Positions 34,001 to 47,142 of a stretch of 64,000 nucleotides of DNA are shown here, in pieces; within the stretch, counting starts at the first letter, position 1; every line of letters starts with the position of its first letter. A program made the position numbers and the translations under genes. The notes under the pieces are model-generated. The model saw only the letters and a program-made list of their open reading frames with translations. It made no database searches and was not told the origin of the DNA. The DNA lies in contig JAQGDQ010000011.1 of assembly GCA_030141605.1 (NCBI GenBank), positions 1,422,066 to 1,486,065 on the forward strand, given 5' to 3'. The stretch is from Tubiluchus corallicola. Its lineage: Eukaryota > Animalia > Priapulida.

Positions 34001-37000
34001 ATCTATAGAAACTTTGGTATCCCCTTTCATACCAGCAAACTGGGGAAGACCGGCGCGATGACGAGCTACAACTGATGTCAATCCGTACTTATCCTGTAAT
34101 CATCATAAATTCATAATCATTATAATACAAAATTAAAAAGAAACAACAAGCTTTCAAAAAACTTTTTTGCAACATACAACTAAATAATACGGAAGAATTT
34201 TTTTATTTATTAGGCACAAAAATATAGGCACTTATATATTAGTAAAAAGTAGACAGTAAGATTAAATGGCCATGATAACTACGAAGGTTGTGCCTACGAC
34301 TGTGTGCCAGGGTTGACATACAACTAATGTATAAAAATGAAAAAAATTAAGTTTGCTATAACTATCTATGGAACTTAAATGAAAACAGTATGATTTTTCA
34401 CATCCTAGCCTATTTTAAAGTGTGATGAAAAGTATACATTTTAACACCTATAATAATGCTAAAGCATTTCTGATAATTAAATAATAGGTTTAAATCTTAA
34501 TTAACGGTGAGCGAGCTCAACTAGTGGTGATATCACAAATGAACATAATTCTCAACAGCTTAAATATTTCATGAGCATGTTGCACGTGTTCGCGAAAGAG
34601 AAAATTGACTACACTGCTACTGTACAACATTCAGTGTGATACACAAAAATTCAGCAAATTTTCAAATTCAAATTAAATCAAATTTAAAATTTGCTCAGAC
34701 AAGAGATCTCAAACATGTGCAGTTCGATAGCACCTGTTTTTTGTGCAATCATTTGAAACATGCAGATGCTACTGCTCATCTAACTAGTGAATGGCGAAAT
34801 TAATGTAACAGTGAAAATCTAGCTGCTAGGGTAGAGATTGTTTTGAGCTATAGTTTAAGATTGGGTCCAGTTTTCCTTTAAGTAATTTTGCACACTGAAC
34901 GGAGTAAACAGCAACCTTTACCTGAATGCCATATTGCATTAGAGCTCTTCGTCTCAACGGTGTCTTCTTTTTTGTCAGTTCAGTAAGTTCAGCCAATGCC
35001 ATTAACTGATAGTGTTCAATTAAAGTGTTAATCTGAAATTAATATCAAAACTGTACATCTCACCACCGTACAGCAGCAAGGGACCCATGTATAGGTCATT
35101 GCTCAACAGCAGCTGGGCACAAGCTGACATTTTTACAAATTATAACCAAAAAAGAGTGATAAAAAAGCTGTGGTTCAGAGTGTGGAAATGAATTCAGGAG
35201 TTTTGCATGGCTAACTATTTAGCAGCAGTTACAAAACATAATCGTTTCCAGAAATATCCATACTTAGTACAATGAAGTCAAAAAGTAATATATTCATACT
35301 TTCATAAAGATAGTTTTCCAGCTAAGATTGATTGGGAACATGTATGCAAGCAGTGCTGCTCACTGATATCTATGGATCACAAGTTATTCACAAAAAATTC
35401 AATCAACACTTTTGTGATCAGTACCTGCTATATGCTGTAAAAGAACAGCTACAGTAATTTAAGGCACAAAAAAACACTGTTCATAAATACAGCTTAAAAA
35501 ATTAGTTTCGAAATTTTGCGCTGCAGTAACACTGTATAAAATATGTCAATTTAAACTGCGTGATGACTGCTAGGTGCAGTATTTAACGGCAAGTCGGTAG
35601 AAACAAGTTCCGATAACATTGCGTAAAGTTTGAGAAAATAATCAAGTATTTCTAGCACATGCTTCACTAATTAAGTAAAAGTTTTAATTACTTCATATTG
35701 TGAATAAGATCAATAATATGTTTCTGGTGAATCAGTGGTGCACACTGGAATAGTGATGCGGTGCCGTTTTACCAGGTGGTGCAAACATTTAAAACTATTA
35801 AGAATTTTTTCCCCAATTACATGTCTTTCAAACAGGTAAGCGTAATGCTCACTAGTATAACTTTGAATGGAAAGATCTTTGGGATATATTCTAAAATATC
35901 CCTTTATTTCCCTTTCAGCTTAGCATAGCAGAAATTTCGTAATAAATTTCCATCACATTTTATGGGAACGATTTGAATTATTTTTATGAAATGACCTGCT
36001 TATTTTACTAAAAACTGACTGTTTGATTGGGTATTTTACCACTCATAAATGTTTATTTGGCAATCAAGAATCGACTTTGCCAAGCAATAACAGAAAATGT
36101 AGAAAATTTCTACTCCAAATCTGAAAGGTAAATTTCTACTGCTAATGTACTGCAAAATCCATATTTGCTCTTACCCACTGCAGTTACTGACGTGTATTCT
36201 AATGTAAAAAATGCAAATTGAATTCACTCCAACCCTGAAACCACACAATGTAGTGTACTTGTGTTTTTGAAGACGTGGGAAAGTGAAAAGGAACTTACAC
36301 GTTTGGCATCTGGGTTCTCAGGTTCGTGCCAACCTCCGGATGCTGCAAAAGATGCATATAAATAGTAAGAAATATGAAAAAAGTTACCTCTTATTTTTAA
36401 TATGCATGTGCTGCATAATATAAATCAAGTGCGTGCATCACAAAAGTCGGATTCTATAAATAAGGATCAAGGATTGAAGAAGGCAGGTATTTTTTACACA
36501 ATCAAATTCTAACTATTTAATCCACAACAAATGATAGAAACGGCCTTGAAGAGTAGTATTTTACAATCCAAATAAGAAGTCACAGGCTCATTTCAAAAAC
36601 TAATGAAAAGAGATTAAAAGTTTCCATAAACTTCTAGCATCACAGCTGAACCACACGAAGTTTAAAGATTTTAAATAGAAAACTACAAAAATAGCTATCA
36701 TCTCATCTTTCATTATTTTTAAATCCAAAAACGAATCTGTGTGGGCAGATCCAACCTTTTAATCCTGTATATGTTTTAAGCCTGAGTTCTTAGAGTAATT
36801 TTATTATATTATCATGGCAACAATTTTGAATTGTTGAATATTTTGAATATAACAATTTGAACAACATCGCAACAACGCCATAATATCGAATTTAGGAAAC
36901 TATTACTGAATTATCTCATCACGTAACTTGACCTTAATTTTGTACTTTTTAGTCTATATTGCAACAATTTTTCAGATTAATATACATCTTTATAAATTAT

Positions 37001-40000
37001 AAAAAATATCTGTTTTATCTTTATAAATTATAAAAAATATTTGTTTTATGTATTGCTTGTCAGAGTACATGTTTTATTTGTGTTTCACTCTGTACAAGTT
37101 TTTGTAATTCCATCTTTTGTATTAAAAGTCCAATGACTGGAATGAACGTATTTCTTTATCAGTAACAAATAAAAACAAATGATTTTATACTACCACAATA
37201 ATTTGAATCACTGCACAATTTTTTTTAAAAGATTCATTGCGTGCCCTGCACCAGGACCCAAAGTAAACTATGTATAAATAACAAAAATACATTGAGAAAT
37301 TTTTTGAGTGACCAAATGGTGGTGAATGTCCTGAACGAGAAATCATTGTTGATATGAACAATAACAATTACAGCCACAACTTACTGCACAACAGGCCCAA
37401 TTTTAAGCCAGTTAGACAGATTTATTCAAGTTGAGCCCCTCTCCAAGAGGACGCAAGCACACGCTCGATCAGACAACTCTATGATGAATTAATGAGTGCC
37501 CAGCGTACACGAACTTTCTTCATACTGCGAAGGTAGTGAAACTATTCAGTCTGTCCTTGCATATCTACATTTCAATGTTTTTTTGCTGATCATCTGTTTA
37601 TTTGTTTTGTAATTTTAGCTTACCGGCACCATTTATCTTCTTAAAAAAGGTAGCTGGGGGAGCCTTATATGAATTAGTTAAGTCATCATTGGATTTAACT
37701 TAGTAATTTGTGGAAAATATTCAAACCCCCACACAGAAAGAATGCAGTTAATGAATTTATATAACCTAGAGCTTGGAATATAAAGTTGTGTTGTTAGTTA
37801 GGTATGTCCAAAATGTTTATACTGTTTTGCAGCATCCGCGATATAAAAATGATTAAAACATAACTATGGTCAAACAGTGATGATGAGTGAGACTAAAAAA
37901 TTTGGGTGATGCTATCTATAGCAAATTACATTACAAAATCCATTGACATTGAAATGATTTTGAAAGATTTCTCTGATAAAAAAGCAAGAAATGTCTGTTT
38001 TTAGAAGGCTTATGCACAAAAAGTATGTCAGCGATTATCAAGAATTATAACAAAACATTAAAACTCTCATATGATCTTTCAGTTTTTAGTATATCAATGT
38101 AGCTAATGGTGGAGCTTCAAGCCCTCAGTGATTTTTGGCTGGGACTGACATATTGCACGAAGCACAAAACGTCAATAATCAGCTTGTGTAGGGTAGAGGG
38201 CCCAACTAACCATTTTCTAGTTGGGCCCTACACTTCCTAGCACCAGCCCTGTCTACCAAACATAAATGGATAGCCTCCCAAAACAAATCACTCGCATAAT
38301 CCACAATAAAATACATCAGTTCTTCCTTATCTAAGGCCCCAATCCCCATGCTGAGAACATTAGAAATACGAACAATGCTATAGATACATGACTGAAAGCT
38401 AAAATAATGTGGATGCAGTCATGAGACAAAACTTTTTTGCTGTCTCCAATTACATACCTACAGGTAACCCATCAGCAATAAACTCCTACCTGCAGGCTGG
38501 TCCTTCACACCAATATCTCTAGTCGTCCATCGACAGAAAGCGCAGGCCAGATAGTAAACCTTCTTCTGAGTACCAGTAACCGAATGCGGAGAATCTGTGG
38601 CAGAATCAGGCTGCTCAATGGGACTAGATGGTTCAGGATTGACCAATGCTGTAGCCCTGGTGGACAGTGAATGACCACAACTTGGACAGTCGAAACAATT
38701 GACACACCTAATGACAAAAGCAGAAGTTTTCTTTTAAAGGAAACCACTTTAAAATAGCATAATAGTTTTGACTGTATCTCACCATGCCTTATATTTTAAA
38801 TGACTATTATGTACATTTTATTACCTATAATAACTATCGAAATATTTTTCATTATAAATATTAATACTTAATATAAACTTAATGAGTGGCTAGCAGATTG
38901 GAGTCACAACTAATGATGACATCACCTTTGTGTTCAGTTTTCCAATGAAAAGCATCTTCCACATACGGTTATCAAACATTAACTTTGACAGAATAAATAC
39001 AAGGCACCCGGTTGGTGGGTAGGTACTTTAACACTGTGCCTAGCCAATAACTCTAGTGAACTTCTTTTACCCTTAATAGAAGATGGTTTTGCACCCAAAA
39101 TGAGTATGTCAACTACCAAGTGAAAAAATTTCATACATAACGTCAACACATTTGCAAGTATATACTGGTATTGTCTTAATGATATATTATTTTGTGCAGG
39201 CTAGTTTCGAAAGATCAAAATGATTGAGTTTCATTTAGGTTTATTTTTTATATCAAAATTCAAATGATTTTGGCATGTACTATATTCTATATGCATGGCT
39301 TTAAGGAAAAAACTTGCCAACCTGTTTTTCTTTAATTTTGCTTCGGCAGAAGGGGTGTTTTCCAAACAACTCGGACAGCAGTGATTATCTACCTAAAAAT
39401 TGCATAATAAGATCATTTATTGACTATCATAAATTAATGAATTGAATTCATTCGAATTCCTGCTAGCCTGATGGCATCAACCAGAGAGATTATCCATTTT
39501 ACATAGCTATGTAGCTAACTATTTAACTAATAAAATTACAACGAACTAATTAATGGTAATAATCCTTTAACATTAATTAACCAAAAAGTAACAGTGTCTT
39601 CATAGGCACATACACCTTCTAACACAAAATTAGCACACCTGAAATATACAAATTTACTTTATGGCATATAAATCGGTAGAAAGAGTTAAAGTTCACAAAA
39701 GAAAAGAAAAACAACAGCTACAAATAACAGCAAGCCTAGGAGCATTCAGGTCAGAAATTAAAGGCTGTAGCGAATGATCTCTACAGACTTTCAAACTGGC
39801 ATTGCAGATTAGCTGGCTTTGCACACCTCATGTAGGCCCAAGCAAAACACCAGGATCTATGTTCATTAATACAAAGATGTAGTAAACACGGCAATAGTTT
39901 ACTGGCCACATGGACCTGGTGTGCAGATGACTTCTACATGTGCTCAGACAAATTTACTGGAATTTCTAGGATGAACGGCATCAAATCTGCACCCGAGAAA

Positions 40001-40790
40001 GTAACAATTCCAAATAGAATAGTTCTGATAAAGAGCTGTGTGCAAGATTTTTGTGTGCAGAATCACAAATACCGATTAAGTTAAGGTTGGAGCATACTAT
40101 TTTGAAGACCAAGCTGAGATCAGCTTTGAGTCTTCTAATCAATTTACTCTCTGCTTGTATGAAGAAAAAGTTTGTGAAGAAGATGATGGGTGAAGTATTT
40201 CTAGGTCAAGGTTTGCAAGGATAAATACAGGGTTAAAGTTGCATAACAGTTCTAAATAATTACTATTCAATGAACGGACGCTATCAAATTTCAATTCAAT
40301 TGGATATATAATAAATGATATAACATAATTTGATATATATGATATTATATATATAATATGATATATGTGTGTGTGTGTGTGTACACTTCTGGAGCTGCAA
40401 AAATGCGATGCACAGAGTAAGTGAAAATCACTGAATTTCTTTCTAGGACCCAAGCTGGCGGTCAGAAATCTATCTAAATTTGCATTTTGGTGGTTATCGA
40501 TAACTGTGCACGTATGTGTTATCACCGTGTAAAAAAACTCTTGCTTCAGAATAGAGACTTCTAAGTTCTATATGATTCTACGAGGAAATACTAGCGACTC
40601 GGCTAAACAATGCACGCACTTTTCAACCTGGATAACATAAAAAATAAAACAACTTTTATACCTCGTGCGAGACGCATTTTGAACATCTCAGTTTAATACA
40701 GTGTTTACAGAAATGAAGCAGAGCAAAAGGAGTTAACTTTCCACAATCACAGAGATACTTCACATTTTCTACCGCATAGTATGTCGCCAT
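28093..40790 (-). CDS. DCTN4: Dynactin subunit 4 (p62), 458 aa, 12 exons
   Basis: Exons (minus): 40662-40790, 39322-39392, 38490-38707, 36299-36342, 34922-35032, 33922-34093, 32746-32929, 31192-31246, 30316-30414, 30099-30199, 28632-28710, 28093-28206 (1377 nt, in frame). Motifs [86 protein letters not shown]. Confidence 0.96.
31591..32414. mobile_element. hAT-like MITE
   Basis: TIR TAGGGGTGCA / TGCATCCCTA; 8-bp TSD CATTCATC/CATTCATT; ACCGAA subterminal repeats. Confidence 0.85.
34375..34881. mobile_element. Kolobok-like (TTAA) MITE, copy 2 of 3
   Basis: TTAAATGAAAACAG ... CCAGTTTTCCTTTAA; colinear with copies 1 and 3. Confidence 0.75.
39880..40260 (-). mobile_element. CR1-like LINE remnant
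   Basis: Minus-strand FSSYKQRV ... [14 protein letters not shown] resembles CR1 LSYEERL...RRLRGDLIxxFKII. Confidence 0.45.
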
Positions 40791-40925
40791 TTTTCTGAGA
40801 AATGCAGAATTGTAGCGCTACCTTTTAGGCAAAAATACAATTAAATAACTGGTCTTGTTACCCACGACCAACACACACGACGGCCTGATATTTCGATTCT
40901 AACTATCACTGCTGATAGTGTCGAA
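40791..40925 (-). promoter_or_regulatory. DCTN4 proximal promoter
   Basis: YY1-like AAAATGGCG over the ATG, CTCF-like AGGTAGCGCTA (40813-40823) and TAACTATCAC (40900-40909), the last also present in the SNRNP200 promoter. Confidence 0.5.
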
Positions 40926-41269
40926 CATCAATCGTTCGAGTATGTAGAATAATTCCATATATGTTAACAGCTGCTCGTTCAGAATAGACTTCCAGGCAAA
41001 TCAAGTAAAAAAATGTCAGGTTTCGTGTTGATAAAAACACCATTTGCACAGCAATGTAAATGGACTGATTAAACTGAAATTAATTCCGTGTTTAATAATG
41101 AAGGAAAACAGTCTGTTCCATAACCGAAAGTACTATAAAATAAAGGGGACTTATTTTTAATTTGCTCACCTGATATTGATGACAACTCTCTTTTGCATTA
41201 GCTAGTACTAAATGATGAGTGCCACCTGATGGCAAATGTTAGTCAACTGACCAGTTTTTGCATTCTAAT

Positions 41270-41600
41270 CAGTTTATCTGACCTGTTGAGTACAGTTTAA
41301 CTGGGGAAATGCTCTGCCTCCTTGTGTGCCAGGATAGGTTTCTAGTGCATGCAAATTTAATGCATGTTTTAAAGGCTGCAACATTAATGTTATTGATAAT
41401 GTCTTCAGGCAGTAAATTCCTTAGGTTTACTATGTTTGAGAAACTAAACTACCCTCAGCTGTCTTTTGTATATTCTATACTTGGGACCTCTAGTTACAGA
41501 AGGATGTCAATCAAGGAACACTGCAGGATTAAAGTTCGAAACATGTGTGAAAATTTTATACATCATGATTAGTACATCTGTATGGAAGGCTATAAACCAT
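41270..41600 (-). mobile_element. CR1-like LINE 3' end remnant
   Basis: Minus-strand RGPKYRIYK ... FSNIVNLRNLLPEDIINNINVAAFK matches the CR1 tail RGHxxKLxK...FSxRVVxxWNxLPxxVV...FK. Confidence 0.6.
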
Positions 41601-42369
41601 CGATATTAGCTCCTCCATGTAATAAAAGCTAAACTATATTTTTAGAACTGCTACTTCTGGAAGCAAAGTGTAATGCCGATTTTTTTGTTATTATCTGCAG
41701 CATTTACGTCAGAACCTCTATCTATCAGCAACAAAACTATATTTCATTGTTCTGTACCATTGCTAAATGTAATTGAGTTTCCTTTCTTTTACTCACAACA
41801 TGGACGTTGACAACAGGACCCATCATTAAAGCAACAATGTATAGAAAAAACTGAAAACTGGAGTTTGTTATTAATGCAACAATTATTAATGCTTGATCTT
41901 CGATACTGGTTGGTGTATTTTAAATAAGTTTGTTTGCATCTTGCAAGCAACAAATTCTGAATTGTTTCAAATCTTTATGACAATGTAATCATAAAAAGTC
42001 AATCTATACAAATGCTGTCAATACATAAACATGTACAACTATCACGCACAAATTTTTACATGGCAGACAAACTAACATTCTTTATTTCTTCTCACGGTGA
42101 TGTGCCAGTCTATAAGTAAGCCAGCCAAAAAAGGTCATGCAAAGCTTCAAAATGATGGAGTGACATCAAAACACCTGTACGATTATGTCCGTCATTAGGA
42201 CTCATAGAATAACAATAGCATTGTCAAAGTTACAGAGCCAAAGCAGACCTTTTGATAACATCTATAGGAGGCTTATCAATGTACTTCTGTTACTCGACTA
42301 ATACTAAGAATCTTCAACATACATTAAAATTCACTTCTTTCTGAACAAACATCAGAAGAAGATTATCAA

Positions 42370-42776
42370 TCAGGACTCTTCAAGTGAATTCAGCTGAGCA
42401 CAGACTGTCAAACATTCTGCACATTGAATCTCTTTATTGACATCAATTGCTAAAGCTTCTCCCCGTAAACTCGTCTTACTAGGTTCATCTGCTGCAGATT
42501 CTGCGCACACTCTTAGTTTATTTAGACAATCTATCATAGGGTTTTCATCATCAGGTGCTGACTGCAAAACGTCACCTAAACAAAAATAAAAGATTTACAA
42601 TTCGGACATAGAGTTACAGCTTATCATTAAAAAAAATTTCATTTTTGAACACAATGAGTCATTTACGTTAAGGAAGAAATATAAATTGTCACTCTGTGAG
42701 CAATACACATCAATTGTATACATACATAAATATTATTTAATGAAAGAGAGCAGGGAGAGGAGGGAGAAAAGGGAGA

Positions 42777-42822
<46 letters not shown>

Positions 42823-42837
42823 AGGGAGGGAGGGAGG

Positions 42838-42931
<94 letters not shown>

Positions 42932-45900
42932 AAGAAAAAGAGAATGAGAGGGGTCCATACTGCTTTTGTATGTTTAAAGCACATATGTGACTAATCAATT
43001 TCGTTAAAATCTTCATACATTGTGATAACTCCTCCAGTGAATGATTGCACTTGTCATTCCTTGCAAAGTCTTCTGGAGATAATAACAACTGTGAAGGCCT
43101 GCAACCATAATGTGAAAATGTAACTTTGGATCCATAAACATGCAGCCTTAATGCCTAACAAACAAAGGTGTTTGTAAATGCAATATACAGACCTATATAC
43201 AGTCTGTCCAAACAAGAATTCGCACTCGTTCAAAAAAATAAAAAAATTCAGCCTAATAAACTTGCAAACATTTGCATAATATCCCTGGCAGTCTTGGCAG
43301 TAGCAGTAGTCATTATAGTTGTTGTTATTGTTATGTTGTTGGTGTCATGAAGTAGATTTAGTTAAATTTAAACTGAATTTGGCATAATTATGAACTCCAT
43401 GTGGACAAATAGTCAGAGTGTATATCATAGCATGTGACTTATATTGCTATAGAATTGATTTTTCCTTTCCTTTCTGTATTTACAGGCCTGTAGCCAAAAT
43501 ATCAGAAAATAATCAGATTTAAATCTTTTAACTGTGGGAGTCCGGTTTTAAGCAAATTCCTTTGTGTAGAAATTGGCTTACCACAAAATTGGGATTATTT
43601 GTCCACTTGATTATGCATTTGTGATACTAAAAAACCAATCAGGTACAGACTTTTGTGAAAAATTGACAAATTATAGTAGCAAGGAATGCAAGGATCAATA
43701 TTGTGTTAACTATAAAAAATACGTTTGTTAAATATATCCTTATACATGTAACTTTTAGCCCTATAGAAAAATGCATGATGTCATTTGTAGATTTAAATTC
43801 CACATTTGCACAAAGAGAGATTGCTAGCCTACATTGAACAATACTTCAAAAGTGTGTCACTAAATGGCTATTTTTGCCTAATAATCGAACACTGTTTTTC
43901 TATTGTACAACATGGCGCCCATTGTTTGCCATACAACAGACCATAGAAGTTGTATAAGAACTTGGTACCCTTTGTTTGCCATACAACAGACCACAGATTT
44001 GTATGAGAACTTGGCACCCACCGTTTGCTACACAACAGACCACAGAATTTGCATTACAACTTGGCACCCTTTGTTTGCCATACAACAGACCACAGATTTG
44101 TATGAGAACTTGGCACCCACCGTTTGCTACACAACAGACCACAGAATTTGCATTACAACTTGGAGCCCATTGTTTACTATACAACAGATTATAGAATTTG
44201 TATTAGAAGTTGGCACCCATTGTTTGCCATACAACAGACCATAGAATTTGCATTAGCATGTGGCGTGCATTGTGGCTTTCCTTTTTGACTAGTAATCTCT
44301 CTTTATGCACTAGTGGCATTTAAATCTACGGACTTAATCATATTTGTAATTGTACAATCTTGTAACACAATAATAGTTTTAGTTCTATTTTGGCTTCGAT
44401 TATAATTATTGAACATTTATTAACGAAAAACAGACTTTTAGGTGCTTGTAAAGCTGCTTATGGCACTTGAATTATGATGCAAAACAGTTACAATTCTATT
44501 ATGATCCAACATTAACATCACAATTACACACGTAAATCCTTTGACTGATAGACATGCATATAACTGCTACATTTTGTTTATCTTCTATACAGCATTTGCA
44601 CAGTGCAGTGTAAAGCAAGGACTATTTCTCTGAGGTGCCTTATATGGAAGGTATAAGGTTTTCTGCTACAAAATCTTACTTCCTTATAAAGCTACTTTGT
44701 AAGGTCCTCACCTTTCACTTAAATCCATATCTTGACCACATTTGGCACAACAACTGTTCTTTTCTGCACATGAGCCGCATACAATATGGTAAGCAAACTT
44801 TACTTTCTTCTGTTGACATTTTGTACTGAAAGACAAAATAAGTTTTTTTCTGATTTCTGTTATTTGTAAAAAAGCCACAGATTTTATGTGTGTTTAGAAT
44901 GTAACCAGAATGATGATGATTGCTAGAAAATACGAAAACTGCCTAGTATACACCATTTTTTTTAATAAAATTAAGATACACGTATTTGAATGCAAGAGAA
45001 ACACATACATATACGTACATACAGCCTGCTATAGTATGGGTGATATTATGCCTCTTTAACCATAGCTATGCTATCATTAGGAAAATTAAACTCAAGTGGC
45101 AATGTAGGACTTTATTACATTGAAATAAGCATCTCTTGAAATCTAGTGTCTATAATAAAATAAAGCATACTTTGTATTTTTAGTTTCTACTGACAAAACT
45201 GGCTTCAATCAGAGAGGAAATGGCAATAAAATGAAACATATAAACAATCTGCATTAATTTTTTTATGAAAAGAATTTCAGCTTTTATCAGATTGGGCAGA
45301 AAGACAATGTCTACAGTCATTTAGTTTTGAAGCTTCTGCTGTATTTTATAATGCCATACTTGACCATACTTATACTGCCATACTATCGTTCTATAGCAGT
45401 GGCGGCTCGTGTATAGGAATAATAATATAATATAATAATATTATAATTCAATATAATAATCTTTTTTCTTTAGTTCTTTCTTTATACTTGTGCACCGGAG
45501 CACGCGAGGGAAGTACAATTTGCTTCACAGCCCAAGCAACGTGGTCTGAGATAAGATGCTGTACTTTAGGTAGAAAGAGTACTGTCGCTTACTGCAGTAT
45601 GTGTTGTCAGTCGTCACATGCTTAAAAGCGTGTATTGGCATATTCTTGAACTGCGACAATTTAGGCTATTCATGAGAAAACAATATTTTTTGCTTATGAG
45701 TTTATCAAGGTTATGTTTAAATTAGTCTGTTTGTTTAAAATTACAATTACAGCAGTATAATTACATATGTTTATTTCGTTCTACACAGTATTAAAACAAT
45801 GGCTAAAATTTTTTTAAATTTTACAGCACCCCCACTAATTTTAACTACGAGCCGACACTGCTCTATAGTAAAACACCGTGTAAAACATCTTGTATGTTCA

Positions 45901-46137
45901 TTAAACAACTGGCATAGAAATTGAAACTTACCATTTCTTGGGCACTGATAATGGCTTATACTTTTTATACTTGATCTTCCAGTCAATAATCTGTTTGCAT
46001 CTATTGCACACTCCTTCTATCTCCATCCTATTTAACATTTTTGTTCTCTGGCTCACATCATGCATGTCGTTCTTAAACACTTTCACGTTTTTGTGTTTTT
46101 GAGCCCTTTTCGTTAAATTTCCTCTTTGACAACTCAT
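42370..46137 (-). CDS. C9orf85: C9orf85-like (DUF2039) Cys-rich zinc-finger protein, about 201 aa
   Basis: Exons (minus): 45932-46137, 44712-44825, 43019-43098, 42370-42575. MSCQRGN..AQKHKN..FKND..GVCNRCKQIIDWKIKYKKYKPLSVPKKCTKCQQKKVKFAYHIVCGSCAEKEQLCAKCG matches the family. Exons 3-4 are inferred from phase only and are less certain. A splice acceptor at 46148-46149 implies an upstream 5' exon. Confidence 0.85.
42746..42929. repeat. (GA)n microsatellite with (GGGA)n interruption
   Basis: Direct reading; it generates the spurious poly-SL/RE ORFs in the track. Confidence 0.98.
43787..44329. mobile_element. TIR element enclosing a 49/50-bp minisatellite (about 7 units, 43913-44270)
   Basis: ~43-bp inverted repeats 43787-43829 (GTAGATTTAAATTCCACATTTGCACAAAGAGAGATTGCTAG) and 44287-44329; internal unit TGGCACCCATTGTTTGCCATACAACAGACCATAGAATTTGTATTAGAACT. 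Confidence 0.8.
45397..45860. mobile_element. hAT-like MITE
   Basis: TIR CAGTGGCGGCTCGT / ACGAGCCGACACTG; 8-bp TSD TTCTATAG/CTCTATAG. Confidence 0.88.
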
Positions 46138-46544
46138 GTTTTAGATCCTGAGAAATACAAAATTGCTGACTGAAATTTGTTAGAAATGACCAAGTTGACT
46201 GATCATCTTTTTTAGCATTCGTTTGTGTATTTTGTATAACTTTAAAAAATATTATGCTGTAATGAACAGTTGGACATCAAAGTACACATTTTTAAATACA
46301 GAAAGCAAAACTGTTTACCCAAGACAAATCTCCTGATCAGAAATAAGAAAATATTTATAGTGCTTAATAACTAGTTTGGTCTGGCCTATTTATATTGCTC
46401 GCAAAGTTCCTGTTGTCCCATCATAAATATTTTTATTTTTAGGTATTTGGCTATTATAGAGAGTGACTGAAATACAACTTTTTTCAACTTAGTTATTCAT
46501 TTATTATACTTCACAAGTTACAAACTTGTGTTAGTGAGCACTGA

Positions 46545-47142
46545 TTAAAAGGGGTCATTTAAAACTTGCATGACTGAAGCGGCTGAATATGAAGGAATGA
46601 AAAACAACACTTGAAGAAAATTGTCTAGCTTTGACGGAAGACCAAAGTACAAATCGTTTTTAGAACTTTTGTCCACTTGATGCACATTAGGTTTCAGTGT
46701 GGGCCAAACTACTTCAAAGTGGTGCTTGAAAAAATATTGTGCGAGGTAACATGACAGCCTGTTCTTAGAAGCAGAAAATCGCTATTCACGAAAATAAAAC
46801 CACCATAGGTAATAATATTTGTAAAGTCACTACCAGGAAACACTAGAACTGCACAGATTTAACAAAAATAATCTGTTTTACTGAAAACACTAAAGAAGTT
46901 TCACATAAGCAACACACTCATCAGCTTAAGGCGGTAACGTTACAGCTGACTACAGGGATCCCAGATTGGGCGAGGCTAATGGTAAATAATAGTAATGCCT
47001 ACATCATAAGTAGGATGTAACCGATGTCACAGAGGTGAGTGTTGGCACAATTGAAACCACAGTGCTCTTACACTTCTTCATACTTATGAAAGAAAGTGTG
47101 GAGTTGGTCCGAGCCACAGAACGAGGCAGCACTATAAAACAT
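46545..47142 (-). CDS. Hypothetical two-exon 94-aa ORF upstream of the C9orf85-like gene
   Basis: Exon 47072-47142 (ATG, donor GTAAGA) joins in frame to 46545-46758 (acceptor AACAG). A CTCF-like motif lies ~27 nt upstream of the ATG. No homology recognised. Confidence 0.25.

Noticed and set aside
41205-41293. Possible C/D-box snoRNA (ATGATGA...CTGA with GTACT/AGTAC stem)
   Set aside because: D box is too far from the stem, no rRNA/snRNA complementarity recognised, it is not in a sense-strand intron, and it abuts a CR1 remnant.
42663-43088. Long ORFs with poly-SL / poly-RE
   Set aside because: Artefacts of the (GA)n microsatellite; only 43019-43098 is a plausible exon.
25760-43741. U12-type donor-like GTATCCTT (minus, ~25762) and ATATCCTT (plus, ~43734)
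   Set aside because: Neither is at an exon boundary of any reconstructed gene; all modelled introns are GT-AG U2-type.
43900-44244. Repetitive ORFs on both strands
   Set aside because: Translations of the 49/50-bp minisatellite; no splice or homology support.
46570-46745. Plus-strand frame with two in-frame TGA codons (selenoprotein-like)
   Set aside because: No selenoprotein motif or SECIS seen; better explained as the antisense shadow of the minus-strand open frame, or chance.
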